A stretch of 64,000 nucleotides of DNA from Gemmatimonadota bacterium. Lineage in GTDB: Bacteria; Gemmatimonadota; Gemmatimonadetes; Palauibacterales; Palauibacteraceae. Both the position numbers and the translations under genes were made by a program. Location of the stretch: the NCBI GenBank assembly GCA_036476995.1, contig JAZGCO010000021.1, positions 8,085 through 72,084 of the forward strand, written 5' to 3'. Under the pieces are notes generated by a model that searched no databases, was not told where the DNA came from, and worked only from the letters and a program-made list of their open reading frames with translations. Every line of letters starts with the position of its first letter. The first letter of the stretch is position 1. Positions 30,314 through 39,217 of this stretch are shown piece by piece.

Positions 30314-32149
30314 TCACCTGTCGATCTCACCCAGCACGATGTCCAGGCTGGCGTTGACCGCGATCAGGTCGGAGATCAGCGCACCTTCGACCATTCGAGG
30401 CAGGGCGCCCAGATTGACGAACGACGGTCCCCGAAACCGGCAGCGTACCGGCTTCGAGCCTCCGTCCGACACGAGGCCGAATCCGAGCTCGCCCTTCGAG
30501 GCCTCGGTAGACGACCACACCTCGCCCTCAGGGACCCTCAGCCCCTCCATGACTAGCTTGAAGTGGGCGATCATCGAATCGATGCTCGACATGGAGTCAC
30601 TCTTGGGGGGCAAAATGATGGATGGATCGTCAATATTGATCGGCCCGCCCGGCAGCCTGTCGAGCGCCTGCTGAATAATCCGGACGCTCTGCCGCATCTC
30701 CTCGATCCGGACCATGTACCGATCGTATGTGTCCCCGTTAGCCCCCACCGGCAGGTCGAAGTCGTATTCGTCGTAGCCGAGGTAGGGGCGCGCCTTTCTC
30801 ACGTCGTAGGCGACGCCCGAGGCCCGGAGGTTGGGACCGGTCAGGCCAAAGTTGATCGCGGTCTCGGCGTCCATGACACCGATATCGATCGTGCGCGAGA
30901 GCCAGATCGCGTTCTTGGACAGCAGCCGCTCGACCTCGTCCAGCGTATCCGGCAGCGTGTTGGCGAAGTCGCGCATGGCGTCCACCCAGCCTGCGGGCAA
31001 ATCCGCCAACATTCCGCCGATACGCGTGACTGACGTGGTAAGCCGTGCGCCACAGTAGGCCTCGTGCAGATTGTAAACGCGCTCCCGCTCCTGAAAGGTG
31101 TACAGGAAGACGGTGAAAGCGCCCAGGTCGATGCCCGTCGTGCCAAGCCACAGCAGGTGTCCCTGGATGCGGTTCAGCTCGCTGAGTAGAACGCGAACAA
31201 CCTGGCACCGCGGCGTGATCTGCACGCCCAGCAGGCTCTCGACCGCCTGCGCGTACCCGATGTTGTAGAGCATCGGAGCCAGATAGTCCATCCTGTCGGT
31301 GTACGGTACGATCTGGTTCCACTCCCTGTATTCACACGTCTTCTCGAAGCCGGTGTGCAGGTAGCCCAGGTGAGGAATGCAGCGCACAACTGTCTCGCCG
31401 TCCAGCTCCAGCACCAGACGCAGCACCCCGTGCGTGGCCGGGTGCTGAGGGCCGAGATTGATCATCATGTGCTCGCCGTCGAGGCCGTGCTCCTTGGTAG
31501 CCTCTTCCGGCTTAACATCAGGTGGGACTTCAGCCTCGAGTTCACCCGCCATACGGAGTTCTTCGCGGGAATAGATGTCTTCCCGGCTCCGATTCATCGC
31601 TCGGCGCGTCTGCTCGGATCTACTGAACCTGCCCCGGAGCGGAAAATCTTTGCGGAGCGGGAATCCCTCATCGTAGTTCTCGGGCATCAGGATCCGGCGC
31701 AGGTCCGGGTGTCCCTCAAAGGTGACCCCGAACATGTCGTACGCCTCACGCTCCAGCCAATTCGCAGTCTCCCACAGGCTCGTCACGCTAGCCACCCTGA
31801 GATCCGTCAGCGGCAGGTGGATCACAACGCGGAGGCGGCGTCCGTGCTTCATCGACCACAGCGGGTACCACACCTGGATCGGCCTCTGGCCGCCGAGATC
31901 GACACCCATCACGTCGAGCAAGAGATCGTAGGCCTGGTCCACGTCCGTCTTCAGATACGACAGCACCTCAAGCAGGGTACGCGGATCCACCTCGATCACG
32001 GAGCAATCGACCGCGTCCACACGAGAGTCACGGACACCATCGCCGAACTTCTCCCGAACCGCTAATACGGATGGATCCGACTCCACCCCTTCCTCGCGAG
32101 GAGGGGCGGACAACACCAGGTAAGGAGCAGGCGCCTCGGGTGCGGACAT
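30314..32149 (-). CDS. nuoCD: NADH-quinone oxidoreductase fused subunit C/D
   Basis: NuoC part (WLEREAYDMFG, GHPDLRRILMP, PLRKDFP) is continuous with the NuoD part (NLGPQHPATHGVLR, GYLHTGFEK, DRMDY, GEIDR). Confidence 0.96.
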   Translation of the reverse strand: MSAPEAPAPYLVLSAPPREEGVESDPSVLAVREKFGDGVRDSRVDAVDCSVIEVDPRTLLEVLSYLKTDVDQAYDLLLDVMGVDLGGQRPIQVWYPLWSMKHGRRLRVVIHLPLTDLRVASVTSLWETANWLEREAYDMFGVTFEGHPDLRRILMPENYDEGFPLRKDFPLRGRFSRSEQTRRAMNRSREDIYSREELRMAGELEAEVPPDVKPEEATKEHGLDGEHMMINLGPQHPATHGVLRLVLELDGETVVRCIPHLGYLHTGFEKTCEYREWNQIVPYTDRMDYLAPMLYNIGYAQAVESLLGVQITPRCQVVRVLLSELNRIQGHLLWLGTTGIDLGAFTVFLYTFQERERVYNLHEAYCGARLTTSVTRIGGMLADLPAGWVDAMRDFANTLPDTLDEVERLLSKNAIWLSRTIDIGVMDAETAINFGLTGPNLRASGVAYDVRKARPYLGYDEYDFDLPVGANGDTYDRYMVRIEEMRQSVRIIQQALDRLPGGPINIDDPSIILPPKSDSMSSIDSMIAHFKLVMEGLRVPEGEVWSSTEASKGELGFGLVSDGGSKPVRCRFRGPSFVNLGALPRMVEGALISDLIAVNASLDIVLGEIDR

Positions 32150-32152
32150 TGG

Positions 32153-32854
32153 CTAGTCGTCGTGCTCCAGCAAACGCTCGCGCCTATCGCGCGGCCGCTG
32201 CAGAGCGTCACTGGGCTCGATTCCGCTGACCCTGTTCTGCCCCGTGGAGTTTCCGAACGGCTGGGTGACCAACTCGATAGCCTCGGGGGGCAGGTTCGGG
32301 CGTCCGACCGCCTCGGCGCTTTCTGCCCGAAGCCCTGGCACGGCAAGCGACTCGCCCTTGATCTTCTCCTGGATCATGAGCAGAGCGTAGATCAGACCTT
32401 CCGGCCGGGGTGGACACCCCGGCACATATACGTCGACAGGCACGATCGTATCGATCCCCTGCACGATCGTGTAGTTGTCGAACATTCCGCCCGAGCTGGC
32501 GCAGGCGCCCATCGACACGCACCACTTGGGCTGTGGCATCTGGTCCCACACGCGGCGAAGAACGGGAGCCAACTTGTAGCTCACCCGCCCGGCGACGATC
32601 ATCAGATCAGCCTGCCTGGGACTGAACGACATACGCTCCATTCCGAACCTGGCAATGTCGTACTTCGATGCGGCCGAGGCCATCATCTCGATGGCGCAGC
32701 ATGCCGTTCCAAACGGCATGGGCCAGATCGAATTTCTTCGCGCCCAGTTAATTACGTAGTCAAGTCGGGTCGTGAGCCACGCATGCGGAACGCCGGTATC
32801 CGTTTGCCCAGCATCAGTTGGATCAACGACGGGAAGGCTTCGCGATTCGCTCAC
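32153..32854 (-). CDS. nuoB: NADH-quinone oxidoreductase subunit B
   Basis: [25 protein letters not shown] and PGCPPRPE motifs. Start set at GTG 32854, just after the nuoA stop. Confidence 0.97.
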   Translation of the reverse strand: MSESRSLPVVDPTDAGQTDTGVPHAWLTTRLDYVINWARRNSIWPMPFGTACCAIEMMASAASKYDIARFGMERMSFSPRQADLMIVAGRVSYKLAPVLRRVWDQMPQPKWCVSMGACASSGGMFDNYTIVQGIDTIVPVDVYVPGCPPRPEGLIYALLMIQEKIKGESLAVPGLRAESAEAVGRPNLPPEAIELVTQPFGNSTGQNRVSGIEPSDALQRPRDRRERLLEHDD

Positions 32855-32858
32855 CGGC

Positions 32859-33215
32859 TCAGTCCCATTGGAGTGCTCCCTTGCGCCAGGCATACGCCAA
32901 ACCCGCGGCGAGAACAGCCATGAACACAAGCATCTCGATCAGACCAAACAGGCCCAGAGATCGGTACACTACAGCCCAGGGAATGAAGAAAATGATCTCG
33001 ATATCGAACACGATGAATAACATCGCGACTATATAGAACTTGATGGAAAATCGTTCCCGCGTGTCCCCCAGCGGATCCATGCCCGACTCGTACGGGGCCG
33101 CCTTGGCGGGCGTCGGCCGGTAAACGCTGGCCAGATGTGACAGGCCCAGCAGCACCGCCGCATTCAGGATTCCGACGATCAGTAGTATCGCGATTCCGAG
33201 GTACGCCTGTCCCAT
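32859..33215 (-). CDS. nuoA: NADH-quinone oxidoreductase subunit A
   Basis: [19 protein letters not shown] and WRKGALQW motifs. Start set at MGQAYL. Confidence 0.97.
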   Translation of the reverse strand: MGQAYLGIAILLIVGILNAAVLLGLSHLASVYRPTPAKAAPYESGMDPLGDTRERFSIKFYIVAMLFIVFDIEIIFFIPWAVVYRSLGLFGLIEMLVFMAVLAAGLAYAWRKGALQWD

Positions 33216-33231
33216 CGCTATGCCGGTCGTC

Positions 33232-33249
33232 TTGTGAACTTGTTCACTT
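33232..33249. promoter_or_regulatory. Rex-type operator palindrome in the nuo leader
   Basis: TTGTGAACTTGTTCACTT matches 12 of the 14 specified bases of the Rex consensus TTGTGAA-N4-TTCACAA. It contains the inverted repeat GTGAAC-TT-GTTCAC and lies between the -10 and the nuoA start. Confidence 0.65.
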
Positions 33250-33258
33250 GAGGCGCCG

Positions 33259-33288
33259 AACATAGCCTGCTTCGGGATGGGGCGTCAA
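33259..33288 (-). promoter_or_regulatory. Candidate sigma70-type promoter of the nuo operon
   Basis: TTGACG (33288-33283) - 18 bp - TATGTT (33264-33259), about 45 nt upstream of nuoA. Confidence 0.6.
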
Positions 33289-33421
33289 GCGGCCAGAAAC
33301 CCTGTTAGATAGCGACTTGCGAGCACAATTGCCTGACCAGGAATCGGTGACTTTACGGTATGCGCAGCCCGCGGCGCAGGCGTCGAAATCCGGCAGCCAA
33401 GCCCGGTCTGGAAACGAGGGG

Positions 33422-34246
33422 GTGCTCGTAGTTGACACGGGAGCCGGGGGCCTCAGCACACTGATCCGCGGAAGCGGACCGCCGCTGGTCCTGCTGCACG
33501 GCCTGACCGCCAATCGGACCTTCTGGGATCCGGTGATCCCGCTCCTAGTGGGCCGCCACACGATCGTGGCGCCTGACCTTCTGGGCCGAGGACGCTCGTA
33601 CCCGGCCCCCGGCACGGACTACAGCATGCTATCCGAGCGGGACCGCCTCCTGGCTCTGATTCGCGGCCTCCGGCTGGAACGACCTCTGATCGTGGGACAC
33701 TCTCACGGCGCCTCGCTGGCCCTTGTGGTAGCCGGCGCCCCGATCGTGGGTCGGCACCGCCCCGCCGGACTGCTACTGCTGAGTCCGGTCACTCCGTGGA
33801 CTCGAAGACCCCGCTTGGTTCCGGTCTTGACGGCGCGCGTGGTGCGTCCGATTGTCGTGCCAGTGGCCCGGTCGTTTCGCCGTCCGCTAACCCGGTATGT
33901 ATTGGAGCGGCGGGTTCTGGCCGATGGTAGAAAACCGAGCGCGGACCTGGTGGACAGTTTTTCTTCCGCATACGCCACTCGCGAAGGGGTCGAGACCCTG
34001 CTGGATGTGCTACAGGACTGGAGTCCGAGCGATCTTACGGAGTGGATGACCCGGCCGACCGTGCCTGTGCGTATGCTGGCCGGAGACGAAGACCGCCGGA
34101 TTTCTTCGGCCCACACGCGCCGGCTGGCACGGCGGCTCGGAGCACCTCTTAGGTTCGTCCCGAAAGCCGGCCACGGTCTGACCCTGGATGCCGCCTCCGA
34201 GGTGGCCCGGGAGATCGAGAAACTCCGGGAAGAAATACGCAGCTAA
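33422..34246 (+). CDS. Alpha/beta fold hydrolase
   Basis: LLHGL, APDLLGRGRS, GHSHGA (nucleophile Ser), GDED and AGHG motifs. Start uncertain; the frame is open from 33317. Confidence 0.9.
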   Translation: MLVVDTGAGGLSTLIRGSGPPLVLLHGLTANRTFWDPVIPLLVGRHTIVAPDLLGRGRSYPAPGTDYSMLSERDRLLALIRGLRLERPLIVGHSHGASLALVVAGAPIVGRHRPAGLLLLSPVTPWTRRPRLVPVLTARVVRPIVVPVARSFRRPLTRYVLERRVLADGRKPSADLVDSFSSAYATREGVETLLDVLQDWSPSDLTEWMTRPTVPVRMLAGDEDRRISSAHTRRLARRLGAPLRFVPKAGHGLTLDAASEVAREIEKLREEIRS

Positions 34247-34287
34247 CCACGCAGTTATACGCAAGGCAATAACAGGCAAGGGAACGC

Positions 34288-34839
34288 ATGACCATCAAGA
34301 ACGACCGCTGGATTCGCGAAAAGGCCAGCCAGGGTATGATCGAGCCTTTTGCCGAGGGGCAGGTTCGCGGCAACTGCATCTCGTACGGGGTCAGTAGCTA
34401 CGGCTACGACATGCGCGTGGCCGATGAGTTCCGGATCTTCCACAATGCCCTGTCTCCGGTCGTCGATCCCAAGGCGTTTGATGAGCGGTCGTTCGTTGAG
34501 TACACGGGTGAGTGCTGCATCATCCCGCCCAACTCCTTCGGTCTGGCGCGGTCCGTGGAGTACTTCCGAATCCCCCGCAACGTACTCACGCTTTGCGTCG
34601 GAAAGTCCACATACGCCCGGTGCGGGATCATTACCAACGTCACGCCGTTCGAGCCCGAATGGGAAGGCTTCGTGACTCTGGAAATCAGCAATACAACGCC
34701 GCTTCCTGCGAAGGTCTATGCTAACGAAGGAATCGCCCAGGTAATATTTTTTGAGTCGGATGAGCCGTGCGAGACCAGCTACGCTGACCGCAAAGGGAAA
34801 TACCAGGGGCAGGTCGGGGTAACGCCGCCTCGCCTCTAG
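34288..34839 (+). CDS. dcd: dCTP deaminase
   Basis: [34 protein letters not shown] and KGKYQGQ motifs. Confidence 0.97.
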   Translation: MTIKNDRWIREKASQGMIEPFAEGQVRGNCISYGVSSYGYDMRVADEFRIFHNALSPVVDPKAFDERSFVEYTGECCIIPPNSFGLARSVEYFRIPRNVLTLCVGKSTYARCGIITNVTPFEPEWEGFVTLEISNTTPLPAKVYANEGIAQVIFFESDEPCETSYADRKGKYQGQVGVTPPRL

Positions 34840-35243
34840 CCAGCCCCGCCGGGTTCGGAGCCGGCAGCCGGAATTCGCTGGCGCCAGGCCGATCCGAGCA
34901 AGACCACCCATCCGGCCAGAAGGCACGCTCCGCCGGCGGGGGTAATGGCTCCGAAGGGACGCAGCCCGCTCAAGCTCAAAGCGTATAGACTGCCGGAAAA
35001 CAGCAGGATTCCGAGCCCAAACAGCCACGTAACCGCCTTCCAGGCCTGTCCGGGCCGCCGTTCCGCGGCAAGGGACACGTAGAGGAGCGCGAGGCCATGC
35101 ACGAGCTGGTAGCGGACGCCTGTTTCATACACGGCAGAGAATTCGGAACCGAGCACGTCCCGCAGCGCGTGGGCACCAAACGCTCCCGCGCCGACGCCCG
35201 TCAACATTGCCAGGGTTCCGAGAACCATTGCCAGCCTTGCCAT
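34836..35243 (-). CDS. DUF423 family membrane protein
   Basis: [22 protein letters not shown] and GAITPAGG motifs. Start is 35243 or 35270. Confidence 0.92.
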   Translation of the reverse strand: MARLAMVLGTLAMLTGVGAGAFGAHALRDVLGSEFSAVYETGVRYQLVHGLALLYVSLAAERRPGQAWKAVTWLFGLGILLFSGSLYALSLSGLRPFGAITPAGGACLLAGWVVLLGSAWRQRIPAAGSEPGGAG

Positions 35244-35338
35244 GCCCGGGAAAATGTTGACTCGCCGCATGCGTGGCGAGTCTGCATCTTGCAATCCTTC
35301 CAGCAAACGGGCTCCTTCGGAGGCAGGCCAAGGTACGA

Positions 35339-36679
35339 ATGGACAACGCAGCAGCAGACACGAGAGTCAGAATAGCGGCCGTTCTGGGTCCGGTCGATCG
35401 GCAGAATCCCGCCGTGGCGGGAGTGTTGTCGAACATTGACCCTGAACTTGCCCGCTTCGAAGACGCCGGTTCGGCCCTCAAGGCTGAAGACCCGGGCGCC
35501 GCACTTTGGGTCTTCGATCAGGGTGGAGCCGAATCGGGCCCCGAATCCTTTGCCGGCGAGCTGACACGCTCCGGGGGCGACAGAGCCGCCGCACAACTCC
35601 TCGTGCTATTGCCGGCCGGTGCAAGCGCGCCCTCCGGCGAGGCCGAACCGCTTAGCCTGTTCCTGACGTCCCCCTTCTCCTCCGCAGCGCTCGAGGCCCT
35701 GTGCCGCCAGCTGCTTGGCGGTGGGCGGCCGGGTGGCTCCCGCGCCGGGGATCAGGGAGCGAGTTCCGTGCGCGCCCGGAAGCCGGCCCATTTCGAACCC
35801 AATCGGATCTACGAGGAAGCCAAGGAATATGTCGCTGCGGTTCTCACCGCGGGGCGGGCGGGCGACGCTCTTCCGCTGGACGAGGGCCGTCCAATGGCGG
35901 AAAGGCTCTATACAAATCTTATCCACAACAACACTCTGGTCGTGAAGGCACTGGAGCCGCACCAGCCGTACGATCTCGAATCCCACAGCGTGAACGTGGC
36001 CACCATCGCCGGGAAAATTGCCATGGGACTGGCTCTTGGACCGGCTCGAACTACCCAAATCATGCACGCCAGCTTGGTGCATGATGTCGGCATGGCCACC
36101 CTACCGGTGGAATTACTTAGTAAGGCCGGCCACTATTCCGATGCGGATATCGAGCAGTTGCACCGTCATCCGGTACTGGGCGCGGCCGCGGTCGCGAAGG
36201 CTGGCCCGGATTACGAATGGCTGCAGGTTGCTATTCTGCAAGAGCATGAGCGTGCGCGGGGCCAGGGATATCCGCGCGGTCTTCCGCTCTCGGCCATCGA
36301 CCCCATCGCCGAGATCATAGGCATCGCCGATGTCTTCGAAGCGCTCTCGCACCCTCGTACGTACAGATCACCGTATACGGCCTTCGACGCACTGGAGCAG
36401 GTGGCGGGAATGCAGGATGAATACTTTTCCGCCCGGGTCGTGACCGCCCTGGTGAACGAGATATCTTCGTTTCCGCTCGACAGTTTCGTCCAGCTCAGTA
36501 CGGGCGAAATCGCTCAGGTCACGGCCACGAATCCAACCAACTTGATGCGGCCTGTAGTGCTGGTGCAGTGGGACTCGGAGTGGAGTCCGCTGGACGAGCC
36601 GCAGACGCTCGATCTGCTCGACCACCCCGCCGTCACGGTGGCGCGTTCTCTTTTGGATGCGGAGCTGCCGATCAACTAG
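35339..36679 (+). CDS. HD-GYP domain protein with degenerate N-terminal receiver-like domain
   Basis: HSVNVA, VHDVG, HP, EHERARGQGYPRGL and IADVFEAL..PRTYR motifs, plus a typical C-terminal GEIAQV...RPVV. The N-terminus has a receiver-like beta/alpha pattern (LWVFD; TSPF in place of KPF). Start approximate. Confidence 0.88.
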   Translation: MDNAAADTRVRIAAVLGPVDRQNPAVAGVLSNIDPELARFEDAGSALKAEDPGAALWVFDQGGAESGPESFAGELTRSGGDRAAAQLLVLLPAGASAPSGEAEPLSLFLTSPFSSAALEALCRQLLGGGRPGGSRAGDQGASSVRARKPAHFEPNRIYEEAKEYVAAVLTAGRAGDALPLDEGRPMAERLYTNLIHNNTLVVKALEPHQPYDLESHSVNVATIAGKIAMGLALGPARTTQIMHASLVHDVGMATLPVELLSKAGHYSDADIEQLHRHPVLGAAAVAKAGPDYEWLQVAILQEHERARGQGYPRGLPLSAIDPIAEIIGIADVFEALSHPRTYRSPYTAFDALEQVAGMQDEYFSARVVTALVNEISSFPLDSFVQLSTGEIAQVTATNPTNLMRPVVLVQWDSEWSPLDEPQTLDLLDHPAVTVARSLLDAELPIN

Positions 36680-36705
36680 CACGACGCTCGCAGAGTGAGA
36701 GCGAT

Positions 36706-36749
36706 ACAAGAACAGCGGGGAGAGCCGATGGCCCTCCCCGCTGTTTGTT
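36706..36749. terminator. Probable bidirectional intrinsic terminator between convergent genes
   Basis: Stem AACAGCGGGGAG / CTCCCCGCTGTT (36711-36745) with T-rich tails on both strands (TTTGTT on plus, TTCTTGT on minus). Confidence 0.7.
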
Positions 36750-36796
36750 CAACCCACCGTCTGGCGCGCCGAATCGGTTCGTACTGTAGTTCCGTC

Positions 36797-37867
36797 TTAG
36801 AACAGCACGCCGGCAATAACCGCCGAGCGCCAGAATAGAGCCACACCGCGCCACACTCCGTTGGCGATCAGCTCCTCGCCGACAGCCTTCAGACGCTTGG
36901 CCCGGGTGAGGATAGCCTGTTGCGCCGGAGTCGGATCGTCGCCGATAGCGGCTTCCGCTTCCGCGATCTGAGACTCGGCCAGCTCGAGGAGAATCTGAAC
37001 GTCTTCCTCACTGGGACGCTCGCACTCGAGCACCGCGAGGAGGGCCCTGGACTCGGCACGCCGCGCCAGCACCACTGCCCGGCGATAGGCCTCATGATCA
37101 GCCGCAAACACAGCACGCCGAATCAATTCGCCTACGTGGAACAGAACGCGCTGCTGTTTGAAGGTTGGATCGTCGCCTATAAGGCCTTCGGCCAGCTCGA
37201 GAGCTTCCATCGCCCGTGCGATCGAGAGCCGCACGACCGTAACCGGATCCAGCCGGAAATCACGGTGACGGTGCCGAACCACGTCCGTAATCTGCAGCCC
37301 GAGGAGCAGTCGCTCGGCCGCGCCCACCAGATCACCACCTGTCTGAAGAACCCGCGCCTCTTCCACCAGCTCTTCCAGCTTGTCTTCGAGCCTGTCCAGC
37401 TGCTCGAACTCGTCGTCTGCTTCCTGGATGCGGTCGATAAGATGCTCGACTCGCGCAAACAGAGCTTCGAGGCCTTCCTCGCCTCGGCTCTCAATCAAGG
37501 CCTCAGCAAGAATGAGTCGGGCTTCCAAAGCTAGCGCCTTGGCAGCTTCCTCGTCTCCCAGCCGGTATGCGGCCCGTGCGGCGGCAAACTTCAGCCGCGC
37601 CTCGGCGAACGGTGAGCCATCTCCCTCGGACGGAGCCACTTCAGTCGGGCTGCTCATCGACAGTGCGACGTCCTCGGTCACGACCTCAGCGGTCGTTTCG
37701 TCGGCCGCCACCTGAACTTCGAACGGCGCCGTAATAGAAGGCTCCGCCACGCTGTTCGTGTTCGTGCCCTCCGTTCCCGCGGTCGGATCAACCGGATTCT
37801 CGCTGCAAGCGGCCAGACCGCTCACGAGAAACAGTCCGAGAAGACTGTTCTTAAGTTCCCTTCGCAT
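36797..37867 (-). CDS. Hypothetical all-helical lipoprotein
   Basis: Strong RBS GGGAGG. Signal II MRRELKNSLLGLFLVSGLAAC (lipobox LAAC), an acidic S/T/E linker, then Ala/Leu/Glu-rich helices with a repeated IGDDPT unit. Confidence 0.75.
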   Translation of the reverse strand: MRRELKNSLLGLFLVSGLAACSENPVDPTAGTEGTNTNSVAEPSITAPFEVQVAADETTAEVVTEDVALSMSSPTEVAPSEGDGSPFAEARLKFAAARAAYRLGDEEAAKALALEARLILAEALIESRGEEGLEALFARVEHLIDRIQEADDEFEQLDRLEDKLEELVEEARVLQTGGDLVGAAERLLLGLQITDVVRHRHRDFRLDPVTVVRLSIARAMEALELAEGLIGDDPTFKQQRVLFHVGELIRRAVFAADHEAYRRAVVLARRAESRALLAVLECERPSEEDVQILLELAESQIAEAEAAIGDDPTPAQQAILTRAKRLKAVGEELIANGVWRGVALFWRSAVIAGVLF

Positions 37868-37926
37868 GGATCCCTCCCCAATGTTTGGCGGCCCCCGCAG
37901 CCAACCGTTTGTTGTTGATCTGCCTC

Positions 37927-37955
37927 TAGACGACGCGAGGGTGCAAAGGGTCACA
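37927..37955 (-). promoter_or_regulatory. Candidate ECF-sigma-type promoter upstream of the lipoprotein gene
   Basis: TGTGACC - 16 bp - CGTCTA on the minus strand between mdh and the lipoprotein gene. Confidence 0.35.
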
Positions 37956-37969
37956 TCGGGGGAATGCCG

Positions 37970-38893
37970 CTAGGCGAGGAGAGCCATCGTTTCGCGCACA
38001 GCCTCAGCCGACGAAGCCAGCGCTTCGGCCTCGTCATCCGTGAGCGCGATTTCATAGATCTTTTCGAGTCCACCGCGTCCGAGCTTGCAAGGGACGCCGA
38101 GGAACAGTCCGCTCTCACCGTACTCGCCCTCCAGCCACGCGGCGCACGGTAGGATCCGACGCTTGTCCCGCGCGATGGATTCACACATCTGAACTGCGGC
38201 CGCCGATGGAGCGTAGTAGGCGCTACCCGTCTTCAGCAGGCCGACGATCTCTCCCCCACCCTTCCGGGTGCGCTGTACCAGCTGCTCGATACGGTCAGCG
38301 GTGAGCAGCTCGGTGAGCGCCATACCGCCCACAGTTACGCTACTGACCACCGGCACCATGCTGTCGCCGTGACCGCCCAGAACGAGAGCCTGAACATCCT
38401 CCACGCTGACGTCGAGTTCCAGCGCGATGAAGCTTCGGAACCGGGCCGTGTCCAGAACGCCCGCCATTCCGATGACTCGCTCCCGAGGGAAGCCTGTGAC
38501 CTGCATGGCTACGTACGCCATGGCATCGAGCGGATTCGTCACCATGATGATGATCGACTCCGGGCTGTACTCTCGAATCTCGGCGGCAATGCTGCCGACG
38601 ATCGCAGCGTTCTTCTGCACGAGATCGTCGCGGCTCATCCCTGGCTTTCTTGCCAGTCCGGCAGTCACGACATAGATGCCCGAGCCCGCCGTCTCCTCAT
38701 AGGCCTGCGCCCCGATCAGCCTCGTATCGAAGCCCTCGACGGGCGCCGACTCCCATTGGTCAAGTGCCTTCCCCTGGGGCACACCCTCGAGGATGTCCAC
38801 CAGGAAAACCTGACGCGCCAACTCACGTTCTGCGATTCGCTGTGCGGTTGTCGCGCCAACATGACCCGCGCCGACCACCGTGATCTTTTCCAC
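37970..38893 (-). CDS. mdh: Malate dehydrogenase (LDH-like type)
   Basis: [44 protein letters not shown] and GSAYYAP motifs. Confidence 0.96.
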   Translation of the reverse strand: MEKITVVGAGHVGATTAQRIAERELARQVFLVDILEGVPQGKALDQWESAPVEGFDTRLIGAQAYEETAGSGIYVVTAGLARKPGMSRDDLVQKNAAIVGSIAAEIREYSPESIIIMVTNPLDAMAYVAMQVTGFPRERVIGMAGVLDTARFRSFIALELDVSVEDVQALVLGGHGDSMVPVVSSVTVGGMALTELLTADRIEQLVQRTRKGGGEIVGLLKTGSAYYAPSAAAVQMCESIARDKRRILPCAAWLEGEYGESGLFLGVPCKLGRGGLEKIYEIALTDDEAEALASSAEAVRETMALLA

Positions 38894-38945
38894 TTATCTG
38901 CCTGCTTGTTGATGTATGATGTACCGAGAGTACTGAGGGATTCGG

Positions 38946-39185
38946 CTACTGCCGCCGCGATGCGAGAGCATCCGCCCTTCGTGCCGCCTCCTCAGCCACT
39001 ACCTCCAGGGCCTGGTCCCAGCGCTCCGGGCTGGCTCTCTGAAGAACAAATTCGATGAGACTCAGTAGATCGAGACCCTGCGCGCACGTCAGCGGCCTGT
39101 CAGGGTCGCCGTGCACGAGCTGCTCCCGGAGAGCCTCCACTTGCTCTCGCTTCTCCTGGAATTGCTGTCTCGCTTCGTAAGTCAT
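38946..39185 (-). CDS. Hypothetical protein (79 aa, helical)
   Basis: ATG start after GGGA; fills the gap between the moaA remnant and mdh on the same strand; amphipathic helical sequence. No family recognised. Confidence 0.55.
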   Translation of the reverse strand: MTYEARQQFQEKREQVEALREQLVHGDPDRPLTCAQGLDLLSLIEFVLQRASPERWDQALEVVAEEAARRADALASRRQ

Positions 39186-39217
39186 CGCAGTCCCTGTCGT
39201 CCGTCGATTCGGCCCAC

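Noticed and set aside
35244-35340. c-di-GMP riboswitch upstream of the HD-GYP gene
   Set aside because: Only a GCAAAC fragment and a small TTCG hairpin; the GAAA tetraloop/receptor and second stem of the class I motif are not evident.
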